Below are positions 9,084 to 17,983 of a stretch of DNA of 61,459 nt, piece by piece. The translations under genes and the position numbers were made by a program. A model generated the notes under the pieces. The model was not told the origin of the DNA, did not search any database, and saw nothing but the letters and a program-made list of their open reading frames with translations. This stretch comes from a virus (Duplodnaviria > Caudoviricetes), in the IMG/VR virus record IMGVR_UViG_3300032299_000267, positions 1 to 61,459 of that record. One strand, written 5' to 3'. Position 1 is the stretch's first letter. Every line of letters begins with the position of its first letter.

Positions 9084-9506
9084 ATGCCAAGTAAGTTTAC
9101 TAGCGGTAAGAAATCTATTGCAGAGTGTGACCGCTGTGGATTTCGATACTTGTTAAAAGAATTAAAGAAGTTGACGATCAAGACCAAGAACGTCAATATT
9201 AAAGTTTGCAAGACATGTTGGGAGCCGGATCAGCCGCAGTTAAGTATTGGTCTTTATCCGGTTAATGACCCGCAGGCAGTACGTGATCCTCGGCCTGATG
9301 TTTCTTTCTGGCAGTCTGGATTTACAGGCTTACAAACAAACATACAGTCTGGGCCGCTAATAACTGAAAATGGTTATCCTGGCGGAGGCAGTCGGGTATT
9401 TCAGTGGGGTTGGTGGCCTGTAGGTGGGGCAAGTGCAAACGATGCAGGATTGACGCCAAATTATCTGACATCAGCAGGTCAGGTTGGCAGCGTGACAATT
9501 ACATAG
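9084..9506 (+). CDS. Protein with CxxC...CxxC (zinc-binding)
   Basis: ECDRCGF ... VCKTCW ... DPQAVRDPRPD. Confidence 0.7.
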   Translation: MPSKFTSGKKSIAECDRCGFRYLLKELKKLTIKTKNVNIKVCKTCWEPDQPQLSIGLYPVNDPQAVRDPRPDVSFWQSGFTGLQTNIQSGPLITENGYPGGGSRVFQWGWWPVGGASANDAGLTPNYLTSAGQVGSVTIT

Positions 9507-9514
9507 GAGTAGAC

Positions 9515-9679
9515 ATGGACAAGAAAGAAGTTAAGCAAATCGCTGATAAAGAAATTAAGGGTCATGAAAAGCGTATGCACAAAATGGCTAAAGGCGGCGT
9601 AACCAGCGAATCTATGCTCAAGCATGGCCGTAATATGGCTCGCGTTATGAATCAAAAGTCTAACGGAAGAGGTCGATAA
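9515..9679 (+). CDS. Small basic protein with MAKGG motif
   Basis: AGGAG RBS before ATG 9515; HEKRMHKMAKGGV. Confidence 0.65.
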   Translation: MDKKEVKQIADKEIKGHEKRMHKMAKGGVTSESMLKHGRNMARVMNQKSNGRGR

Positions 9680-9936
9680 TGGCTAAGTTTTCGCAGAAAG
9701 TTAAGGGCAAGGAAGTGGGTCAAGCATCTACTTATGCCGCTCCTCATAACATGAAGGGTCAACCAATTAAGGGCGATCTGCCTTATACAGCTGGCGCTAA
9801 AGTTATGGGTGACCTGAACATTTCCGTAGCAGGTCTTAGCAAGGGTAATTATAAAGAGACCAAAACTACTGGTATCAAGATGCGCGGTGCTGGTGCTGCG
9901 ACCAAGGGCACAATGTGCCGTGGGCCAATGGCTTGA
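9679..9936 (+). CDS. Small basic protein
   Basis: TAATG coupling; C-terminal MRGAGAATKG. Confidence 0.65.
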   Translation: MAKFSQKVKGKEVGQASTYAAPHNMKGQPIKGDLPYTAGAKVMGDLNISVAGLSKGNYKETKTTGIKMRGAGAATKGTMCRGPMA

Positions 9937-9944
9937 GGTGAACC

Positions 9945-10610
9945 GTGAATTACGCAGAGCTATCTCAGGCAATTCAGGATTACACGCAAAACTACGAAAC
10001 AACCTTCGTAGCTAATGTTCCTTTGTTTGTTGAACAAGCGGAAACGCGTGTGTACAACACTGTCTTGATACCTGCGTTGCGTAAAAATGTAACAGGCGCA
10101 ACTGTTAGCGGTAACAAATATTTATCTTGCCCATCTGACTTTTTGTCGTCGTTTTCGATGGCGGCTGTTAATAATGGCAGCTATGAATATTTGTTAAACA
10201 AGGACGTTAACTTTTTACGTGCAGCTTATCCTAATCCTTCTGACACAGGGTTCCCACAGTATTATGCTTTGTTTGGCCCGACAGTAGCGGCTAGCGTTAT
10301 TACTAATGAGCTAAGTTTTATTCTTGCTCCTACGCCGGATGCTATATACGATGTGGAGCTGCATTACTACTATTATCCGCAGTCAATTGTTACATCGGGT
10401 ACTTCATGGCTGGGCGACAACTACGATCCTGTGTTGCTGTATGGCTCTTTGGTTGAAGCGTATATCTTCATGAAAGGCGAGCAGGACATGATGACGTATT
10501 ACCAGACTAAGTACAACGAAGCGCTGCAACAACTTATTCGTCTGGGTGGTGCCCTTGAGCGTGGTGATGCTTATAGGGATGGGCAGTTTAAAGGAAGGGC
10601 AGCTCCGTAA
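9945..10610 (+). CDS. Tail tubular protein A / adaptor-like
   Basis: GAGG RBS with GTG start; APTPDAIYDVELHYY...SWLGDNY..VLLYGSLVEAY.FMK pattern. Confidence 0.65.
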   Translation: MNYAELSQAIQDYTQNYETTFVANVPLFVEQAETRVYNTVLIPALRKNVTGATVSGNKYLSCPSDFLSSFSMAAVNNGSYEYLLNKDVNFLRAAYPNPSDTGFPQYYALFGPTVAASVITNELSFILAPTPDAIYDVELHYYYYPQSIVTSGTSWLGDNYDPVLLYGSLVEAYIFMKGEQDMMTYYQTKYNEALQQLIRLGGALERGDAYRDGQFKGRAAP

Positions 10611-11035
10611 TGGCTATCCAACAAGGACTGACAAACAGCTTCAAGCGCGACATGCTACAGGCTGGCCAGAACATTATTACGAATACTCTGTATATGTCGT
10701 TGTATACCGCTTATTCGGATATCGGCCCAGAGACAACAGTTTATACAGCGACCAATGAGGTTACTGGCTCTGGTTATACCGCTGGTGGCAATGAGGTGAC
10801 TGGCGCAACATTAAGTACAGACGTAGATACAGGTACGGTGTATGTTAATTTTAACAACGTCTCTTGGCCTGGAGCTAGTTTTACTGCTCGCGGGGCGTTG
10901 ATATATAACGTCACAGGTAACAATAAATCAGTTTTGGTATTAGATTTTGGTGCAGATAAAAGTTTTAATTCGATAAATAATACCGTTACGATGCCAGCTA
11001 ATACGGCAACTACGGCTTTAATTCGTTTTCCTTAA
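10610..11035 (+). CDS. Virion structural protein
   Basis: NEVTGSGYTAGG...FTARGALIYN...VLDFGADK; coupled to upstream gene. Confidence 0.65.
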   Translation: MAIQQGLTNSFKRDMLQAGQNIITNTLYMSLYTAYSDIGPETTVYTATNEVTGSGYTAGGNEVTGATLSTDVDTGTVYVNFNNVSWPGASFTARGALIYNVTGNNKSVLVLDFGADKSFNSINNTVTMPANTATTALIRFP

Positions 11036-11044
11036 GAGGGCATT

Positions 11045-11650
11045 ATGCACAAAGAACTTGGACGCTGCGGCGATAGCGCAACTATAACCATGCAAACACA
11101 AGGCCGCACAACCCCTGAAAGTATGGGCGTTGAAGGTTCGTACCACATTGTTTGCCATGACAAAAACGGCAACCTTAAATGGGAAGAGGGATTTCCAAAC
11201 TTAGTAGTTAATGCTGGTAAACAGCTGATGTTGGATACGTTACTACGTACCTCTGGAACTTACACCACAGTTGGCCCGTTTCTGGGTTTGACCAATGTTG
11301 CTTTAACACCAGCTCTAACCGATACCATGACTACGTTGGTTGGTGGCAACAACGAATTTGTCAACTACAGCACGACAGGTGGAGCTGGGATCCGTGGTAC
11401 TGCTGTATTTGCTGCGGCAGCTTCAACTGCCAATGTATCGTCTGCTAACGCTACGGCTATCACGTACACCATCACGGGCGCGGGCGGAAATATTTTTGGT
11501 TGTTTCTTGGTCACAGGCGCATCAGCTTCTAACGTAACAGGCAACTCAACTGGCACGTTGTACTCTGAGGGTAATTTTGCTACCTCAAAAAGCACATCAG
11601 CTGGTGATACAGTTAGCGTTACTTACAGCACTACAGCCACCTCGGGTTAA
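11045..11650 (+). CDS. Virion structural protein
   Basis: KWEEGFPNLVVNAGK...GTLYS; T/G/A-rich. Confidence 0.6.
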   Translation: MHKELGRCGDSATITMQTQGRTTPESMGVEGSYHIVCHDKNGNLKWEEGFPNLVVNAGKQLMLDTLLRTSGTYTTVGPFLGLTNVALTPALTDTMTTLVGGNNEFVNYSTTGGAGIRGTAVFAAAASTANVSSANATAITYTITGAGGNIFGCFLVTGASASNVTGNSTGTLYSEGNFATSKSTSAGDTVSVTYSTTATSG

Positions 11651-12331
11651 ATGTCATTTGCTGCATCAAGTTTTGCACAAACACCATTTGCTTCGTTAGC
11701 GGTAGTAGCAAGCGGGAATAGTTTTATAGATTCGATCACCGAAAATATGGTGGTCAATGATGCAAATGTATTTGTAGCAGCGTTTAATGTAAGCCAAACA
11801 GAAAATAGTAATGTAGCTGATGCATTAGTATCAACATCACAATTTAATGTAAGTATTTTTGAAAATTATGCTATAGCAGATGTAGCAACAATAGCTTTGC
11901 AGTTTATTGCAAGCGTTGTTGAAAACGTAAATTTAGGAGATGTTCAGACGATAGGCACATTTGTTTCGGTGTCTATATCGGAAAATTTTACAGTTGATGA
12001 TTCATCAATTGGCGGCTTGTTGTTAACGCTAGTAATTAATGAAGATGTTGTTGTAGACGAATCCGAAAGCATTTTATTTACAGCAAACTATAGCGTCATT
12101 GAAGATTTTGGTATTGCTAGCATTGAGAATGCTGTTTCACAATACCTAATATCTGTAACAGAACCGCTGTCTATTCGTGATGTTATTGTACTTAGGTCTA
12201 TATGGCTTGTTATACCAACGGATAGTAATGTAGTTTGGAACAACATAAACAGTAATACCAGCAATTTGGTTTGGGTAACAATTAATACTACATCAAACGC
12301 AATCTGGACTGATATAAATACGGGGCAATAA
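11651..12331 (+). CDS. Acidic/hydrophobic repetitive tail-associated protein
   Basis: FAQTPFASL N-terminus, periodic (S/T)EN repeats, W.xIN repeats at C-terminus. Confidence 0.55.
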   Translation: MSFAASSFAQTPFASLAVVASGNSFIDSITENMVVNDANVFVAAFNVSQTENSNVADALVSTSQFNVSIFENYAIADVATIALQFIASVVENVNLGDVQTIGTFVSVSISENFTVDDSSIGGLLLTLVINEDVVVDESESILFTANYSVIEDFGIASIENAVSQYLISVTEPLSIRDVIVLRSIWLVIPTDSNVVWNNINSNTSNLVWVTINTTSNAIWTDINTGQ

Positions 12332-13578
12332 TGGCTTTTGTTATAAGAGACAGGGTTCAACAAACGGGAACGGCGAACGCAACCCATTTTAATTTAACTG
12401 GTACGCCTACCGGGTTTCAGGGTTTTTCTGTTATTGGAACTTCTAACACTACGTATTATGCAGCTACCGATGTTTCCGGCAACTGGGAAGTTGGTTTAGG
12501 AATTTACTCTTCTGTTAGTGGTTCAATACAACGCAATAATATTTTATCTTCTAGCAACGGCGGATCGTCAGTCACGTTTTCAGGAACGGTAACTGTATTT
12601 TGTACATACCCATCATCTAAAGCCGTTTATTTAGATTCAAGTAATTCTGCTGTTATCGGGTCAACCGCTGATGTTTTTAATGGCTTCAACCAAAAACTTA
12701 CAGTAACTAACGGCCTTACTGCTCTTTATGCATACGCAAGTTCTGCGGCTGCAATGGCTTTATATTTTTATAAATCGCGCTCAAACACTGCATACGGCAC
12801 CGTTCTTAGCACCGACACTTTAGGGAATATAGCGTTTACTGGCGCGATGTCGAACGCCGGTGGGGTTTTTTTGGAAGGGGCGATTATCCAAAGTTCGATG
12901 GATGGAACGCCAGTATTTGATGATGCTAACGGATTTATTTCATCATTTCCAACAAAGATATCTTTTTATAATAGAACTGGTGGATACGACACATTTCAAG
13001 ATGTTCAGCTTGCAGAATCCATGCGGCTTTCTAATAACAGCGTTCTTTCTATAGGAGGATCAGGATTTTTTTTAGGCAGAGCTAATATTGCACTAAGTTA
13101 TGCCTCAATTACCACAGACGCTAATGGAGATTTAATACTCGCAGCCGACCCAAATAATTTATATTCAAATTCTGATGTAGTTACTAGAATTGATAACATT
13201 GAGCGCATTCGCACTAATACTTCTGGCTATACGCAATTTACCAGCAACCTTGTTATGGTTTATCAAGGGGCAAACGTCACAAAATCTACAACAGCCACAT
13301 TAACTCCGGCTGAATTAGTTACTGGTATCTTGACTACTACTGGCACCAATTACACAATTACTTTGCCATCGGGCGCTAATATTGAATCTGCATTAACTTG
13401 GGCGGCTAGCAATGTTGCATTAGATTTTTTTATTGTTAACACCGCATCAGGCAATATTACAATTAATGCAAATGCAAATACATTAATTGGTAACGCCACA
13501 GTGCTTACTAATAATTCTGCTCAACTTAGAATTAGGCGAACTAATACCAATACTTTTACTGTATATCGTTTACGTTAA
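12331..13578 (+). CDS. Tail fibre/spike protein
   Basis: DRVQQT...WEVGLG...VFCTYPSSKA N-terminal module; ESMRL and ERIR fibre motifs. Confidence 0.65.
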   Translation: MAFVIRDRVQQTGTANATHFNLTGTPTGFQGFSVIGTSNTTYYAATDVSGNWEVGLGIYSSVSGSIQRNNILSSSNGGSSVTFSGTVTVFCTYPSSKAVYLDSSNSAVIGSTADVFNGFNQKLTVTNGLTALYAYASSAAAMALYFYKSRSNTAYGTVLSTDTLGNIAFTGAMSNAGGVFLEGAIIQSSMDGTPVFDDANGFISSFPTKISFYNRTGGYDTFQDVQLAESMRLSNNSVLSIGGSGFFLGRANIALSYASITTDANGDLILAADPNNLYSNSDVVTRIDNIERIRTNTSGYTQFTSNLVMVYQGANVTKSTTATLTPAELVTGILTTTGTNYTITLPSGANIESALTWAASNVALDFFIVNTASGNITINANANTLIGNATVLTNNSAQLRIRRTNTNTFTVYRLR

Positions 13579-13589
13579 TAGGATTAGAA

Positions 13590-13913
13590 ATGTCTACAAC
13601 ATTTACATGGACAATTACAGACGTTGAATGTATTCCAAGTTATAACGGCGAAAACAATGTAATTACTCTTGTGTACTGGAATTGTTCGGGAGTTAACGGA
13701 AATTACAGTGAAAGAATTGCGGGGCCTTGTGGACTTAGTTATGAGGGTGGCGACTTTACTCAGTATAGTGATTTAACTCAAGAAAAGATTCTTGAGTGGG
13801 TATGGAATTCTGGGAATGTGTCAAAAGAATTTGTTGAGAATTCTGTGGAAGCAAAAATCCAAGATTTAATGACGCCTTCGTCGGTGTCTTTGTCACTTCC
13901 GTGGCAAAACTAA
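13590..13913 (+). CDS. Small acidic fibre-associated protein
   Basis: FTWTI...VYWNC...FTQYSDLTQEKILEWV...LPW, directly after a fibre gene. Confidence 0.6.
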   Translation: MSTTFTWTITDVECIPSYNGENNVITLVYWNCSGVNGNYSERIAGPCGLSYEGGDFTQYSDLTQEKILEWVWNSGNVSKEFVENSVEAKIQDLMTPSSVSLSLPWQN

Positions 13914-13930
13914 TTGTGTAAGGAAGAATC

Positions 13931-14800
13931 ATGGCAAGTACATACAGCGGCAACCTAGCGATTGAGCTTATTGGTACAGGCGACCAGGCTGGTACGTGGG
14001 GGCAAACTACTAATACAAACTTAGGAACCGCGCTAGAGCAGGCAATTACTTCTACTGCGAGCGTTACATTTACCGCCGGTGGTAACTCTGCTATTGCGCT
14101 AGCACAAACTAACGCATTTCAAGCTGCTCGTAGCGCAAGATTGACCCTTGTTGGATCTACTACCGCAACCCAATATTTGTGGGTTCCGAATATTAACAAA
14201 CAGTACATTATTAGTAACGGGCTTAGTAACGCAATCATTATTTCCAACGGATCTAATGGCGCTGGGACGGGAGCAACGATAACGGTTCCTCCTGGTAAAT
14301 CAATGATTGTGTACAACGATTCTGTAAACATAATTGAAGTATTTAATTATGCAAACACTTTGAGCGTTAATAATTTAACTGACTCTAACCTAACTAACGC
14401 TAACCTAACTAATGCTAACCTAACTAATGCTAACCTAACTAATGCTAACCTAGTTAACTCTAACCTAGCTAACCCAACAGTTAATGCGTACACAGAAAGC
14501 GTAGTTGCAATAGGCAGTTCTACTTCTACTCAGACCATCAACATTGCTAACTCAACTATTGTAACGGCTACGTTAACGGCTAACTGTACGTGGACGATGC
14601 CATCTAACACCGCTGGCAAGTCTTTTATTTTGTTGTTAAAGACAGGTAACGGTGGTTTTACCAGTACGTTTACAGGCGTTAAGTTTCCGGCAAACACAGC
14701 TCCAACTATCACCACCGCCAACAACAGCATGGACATATTGACGTTTGTTGCTGATGGGGCGAACTGGTATGGTAATTTTGCACAGGGTTACGTACCCTAA
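13931..14800 (+). CDS. Tail fibre protein with NANLT repeats
   Basis: ELIGTGDQAGTWGQTTNTN N-terminus; C-terminal APTIT...DILTFVADGANWYG. Confidence 0.65.
   Translation: MASTYSGNLAIELIGTGDQAGTWGQTTNTNLGTALEQAITSTASVTFTAGGNSAIALAQTNAFQAARSARLTLVGSTTATQYLWVPNINKQYIISNGLSNAIIISNGSNGAGTGATITVPPGKSMIVYNDSVNIIEVFNYANTLSVNNLTDSNLTNANLTNANLTNANLTNANLVNSNLANPTVNAYTESVVAIGSSTSTQTINIANSTIVTATLTANCTWTMPSNTAGKSFILLLKTGNGGFTSTFTGVKFPANTAPTITTANNSMDILTFVADGANWYGNFAQGYVP
14386..14475 (+). repeat. 15-bp coding tandem repeat x6 (NLTNA)
   Basis: taacctaactaatgc units; last two degenerate. Confidence 0.9.
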
Positions 14801-14812
14801 TAGGAGCGCTTG

Positions 14813-16837
14813 ATGTTCATGTCTTTTCAAAAAATATCGCAAGCACTAGGTAAGGCGGTCTCTGTAAAAGATGCTTTTTTTAACTATGTGTCGTTACTGA
14901 TAAACACGATCGGCACTAACGGCGCGCAGAACAATACGTTTTTAGATTCGTCTAGTAATAACTACACAATAACCAGAAACGGAACCCCTACGCAGGGGAC
15001 ATTTACTCCGTTTAGTCAGACAGGTTGGAGTAATTTTTTTAATGGAAGCACAACCTCGTTGCGTATGGCAGCAAACTCGGCTTTTGACCAAAACGCCGGT
15101 TCTTTTTCGGTGGAGTGTTTTGTGTACCCTGCGACTATACAAGCTACTACGGGCTTGTTTATTTACGGGGCGCAAGGGAATACTGGACTTCTTATGTTGG
15201 CGTATGGCTACACCACGGGATTGTTTAAAATTGACCAAGGTGCGGGCGGTGGTGTAAAAATTACTTCATCTAACACTTATCCCGCAAATGCTTGGTATCA
15301 CGTAGCGTATACGTATGATGGCTCTACTTTAAAATTATTTGTTAATGGGATTTTGCAAGGGTCAGCAGCTAACGCAGCATTAAATCCACGAATTGCTGGG
15401 CCAGCGGTAGCGATAGGTGAGTTTGCAGGCGCTTCTTATTTTAATGGATATATCTCTAACTTTAGGATTTGTAGAGCAGCTATTCCTACGGCATATCAAA
15501 CGGCAAGCACTACTGTTGGAGCAACAATATATACTCCATCAACAACTCCATTAACAACAACAAGTCAAGGGGCAAGCAATGTTACATTTCTTACTTGCCA
15601 AAATAATCGTTTTATTGATAACGCAAGCGCATTAACTTTTACTCTTTTTGGCACACCGTCCGTCCAAGCCTTCTCTCCATTTGCGGCTAATGTTGCATAC
15701 AGCACTAGCAATATTGGCGGTAGTGGGTATTTTAATGGTACGGGTGATTTTTTAACTGTCGGAGCTACAGCCCCAACTTTAAATTTTGGAACTGGGGATT
15801 TTACTGTTGAGTGTTGGATATACCCTACTGCTGATGCGTCAATACAAAAAATTTATGACTTTAGGTCAACAGCAGGCGCTGTTGGTTTTAATTTACAGCG
15901 TCAGTCAGGGTCAGTAATAGCATTTCAAAATTCTGTTAATGTGGTTACGACTAGTAGCAATGCCGCACCACTTAATGCGTGGACTCATATTGTTGCTTCT
16001 AGGGTATCTGGAAATTCTCGGTTATTTATTAATGGGGTATTGCAAGGAACTGCTGTAGCGGATACGGCAACGTATGTAAATGGCACTAATAGACCGGTTA
16101 TAGGGGTTAGAGGAACCAATACAACTCTTGATGATTTTACTGGGTACATAACAACGGCTAAAGTAGTTGTCGGTTCGGGGGTTACGTCAGTTACGCTTCC
16201 AACGTCGCCGTCGACATCCAATGGCTCTAATGTATATTTGGGTTTTACCAACGCTGGTATATACGACGCATCCACTAAAAACACTTTGCTTACTGTTGGT
16301 AATGCTAGTGTCAGCACAGCGCAAGCGAAGTTTAGTCCTACGTCAATAGCGTTTGATGGATCTGGAGACTACGTGCCAACAACGCCGGTAACGGTTGTTA
16401 ACGCGATTAATAATGCAAATTGCACATTAGAAATGTGGGTGTATTCATCTAACAGTTCAGCATCTTTAAAGTGTTTAATAGATACAAGGACAGCGTTGGG
16501 GGCTAGCACTGGTTATGGTGTTTACCAAACAGGAAATAACGTAGTTGTTTATGGTGGCCCGCTTAGGGGAAATGCTGTTGCATCGTTAAATGGAAATACG
16601 TGGACGCACCTCGCTGTTACTAGGGCTGGAGCAACTAACTATGTGTTTTTAAATGGCACGTTGTTTAATACTTTTTCTTACGGCAATACGCTAACTAGCG
16701 GCAACGTAACTATTGGTTCAGACGTTGCTGCATCAAACGCATTTACTGGGTTTATAGAAGAAGTTCGTATAACCAACGGGATTGCGCGGTATACAACTAA
16801 TTTTAGTGTTCCAACTACAGTGTTCCCAGTTCAGTAA
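14813..16837 (+). CDS. LamG/ConA-like lectin-domain receptor-binding protein (3 domains)
   Basis: Three FSVECFVY/FTVECWIY/CTLEMWVY ... WYHVA/WTHIV/WTHLA ... LFVNG ... GYI/GFI repeats. Confidence 0.8.
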   Translation: MFMSFQKISQALGKAVSVKDAFFNYVSLLINTIGTNGAQNNTFLDSSSNNYTITRNGTPTQGTFTPFSQTGWSNFFNGSTTSLRMAANSAFDQNAGSFSVECFVYPATIQATTGLFIYGAQGNTGLLMLAYGYTTGLFKIDQGAGGGVKITSSNTYPANAWYHVAYTYDGSTLKLFVNGILQGSAANAALNPRIAGPAVAIGEFAGASYFNGYISNFRICRAAIPTAYQTASTTVGATIYTPSTTPLTTTSQGASNVTFLTCQNNRFIDNASALTFTLFGTPSVQAFSPFAANVAYSTSNIGGSGYFNGTGDFLTVGATAPTLNFGTGDFTVECWIYPTADASIQKIYDFRSTAGAVGFNLQRQSGSVIAFQNSVNVVTTSSNAAPLNAWTHIVASRVSGNSRLFINGVLQGTAVADTATYVNGTNRPVIGVRGTNTTLDDFTGYITTAKVVVGSGVTSVTLPTSPSTSNGSNVYLGFTNAGIYDASTKNTLLTVGNASVSTAQAKFSPTSIAFDGSGDYVPTTPVTVVNAINNANCTLEMWVYSSNSSASLKCLIDTRTALGASTGYGVYQTGNNVVVYGGPLRGNAVASLNGNTWTHLAVTRAGATNYVFLNGTLFNTFSYGNTLTSGNVTIGSDVAASNAFTGFIEEVRITNGIARYTTNFSVPTTVFPVQ

Positions 16838-16850
16838 AGGAAAACAATTA

Positions 16851-17366
16851 ATGCTTACACTACTTTCAACGTTTCTATCGTTCCTGATGGGTGGTTTGCC
16901 TAAACTATTAGACGCTTTCCAAGATCGTGCAGATAAGAAACATGAAATTCAGTTAGCGCAAATGCAAACTGAACGGGAGTTACAACTGCTCCAAGCGGGG
17001 TACGTAGCCCAGCAACATATAGAAGAAATTAAGCTAGACGAGATTAAGACCCAGGCACAATCTGCGGAGAAAGTCTCGCTAATCGACGCACAAAAAGCGG
17101 AGATGAATGCAATCTATGCCCATGATATCGCAATCGGTCAGGGCGCTAGTCAGTGGATGGTTAACTATAGAACGGGTGTACGCCCAACAATTACGTATGG
17201 TTTCTTTGGTTTGTTAATGCTAGTAGAAATTGGCTTGTTCTTGTACGGTTGGAACCGTGGCGTGGAATTTGTTCAGTTAGCTGAACAATTATGGGATGAC
17301 GAGACTCAGGCGCTGTTTGCTGCAATCATCAGTTTTCATTTTGGCGGTAGGGCGTTTGGCAAATGA
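16851..17366 (+). CDS. Membrane protein next to endolysin (holin-like)
   Basis: Hydrophobic N-terminus; VRPTITY followed by a TM helix; C-terminal FHFGGRAF. Confidence 0.55.
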   Translation: MLTLLSTFLSFLMGGLPKLLDAFQDRADKKHEIQLAQMQTERELQLLQAGYVAQQHIEEIKLDEIKTQAQSAEKVSLIDAQKAEMNAIYAHDIAIGQGASQWMVNYRTGVRPTITYGFFGLLMLVEIGLFLYGWNRGVEFVQLAEQLWDDETQALFAAIISFHFGGRAFGK

Positions 17367-17509
17367 TAAAAGACTATTCTGACTTTGATACGCAGAAAGA
17401 AATACTCCTAGACTATATGCAGGTCATGATTGCATTACAGGATTGGCATGGGGTTTCTGACGTAGCTAACGATCTACGCGAACTAGAAGCTAAACAAAAT
17501 AATGATTAG
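17363..17509 (+). CDS. Small hypothetical protein (48 aa, below ORF-track cutoff)
   Basis: ATGA overlap; MIKDYSDF...DWHGVSDVANDLRELEAK; fills the gap. Confidence 0.6.
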   Translation: MIKDYSDFDTQKEILLDYMQVMIALQDWHGVSDVANDLRELEAKQNND

Positions 17510-17978
17510 CAAAAAAGCATTAGACATGATTAAGCATCATGAGGGGGTAAGGAATAAACCTTACCGGTGCCCTGCTCGACTTTGGACGATCGGCGTGGGA
17601 CATGTAATCGAAGCGAATCATGCAAGAGTGCCGTTTGAAGAAAGGCTAAGTTTGCCTTGCCCAGAAGGCTGGAATCGCGTATTTACTATGGAAGAAGTAG
17701 ATGTCATACTTGCAAAAGACCTTGCGAGGTTTGAATCAGGAGTTCTTAAATATTGTCCTAACGCTGGGTCTAATCAAAACTGGCTGGACAGTCTGGTCAG
17801 TTTTAGCTTTAACTTAGGGCTGGGTACGTTGCAACGCAGCACATTGCGGCAAAAACATAATCGGGGCGACCATGCTGGTGCTGCCGACGAATTTTTGAAG
17901 TACACGAAAGCTGGCGGTAAAGTCCTAAAAGGTCTTGAGAACCGTCGCAAAGATGAACGTGCTTTGTATTTGGGTTAA
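17502..17978 (+). CDS. Endolysin, GH24 phage lysozyme
   Basis: HEGVRNKPYRCPARLWTIGVGH, LVSFSFNLG, GLENRRKDE. Confidence 0.92.
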   Translation: MISKKALDMIKHHEGVRNKPYRCPARLWTIGVGHVIEANHARVPFEERLSLPCPEGWNRVFTMEEVDVILAKDLARFESGVLKYCPNAGSNQNWLDSLVSFSFNLGLGTLQRSTLRQKHNRGDHAGAADEFLKYTKAGGKVLKGLENRRKDERALYLG

Positions 17979-17983
17979 CAAAA

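Noticed and set aside
14386-14475. Pentapeptide-repeat (Qnr/MfpA-like) DNA mimic
   Set aside because: Only about six units, arising from a recent 15-bp DNA duplication inside a fibre protein.
12331-16837. Diversity-generating retroelement or invertible tail-fibre cassette
   Set aside because: No reverse transcriptase, invertase or template/variable repeat pair was seen.
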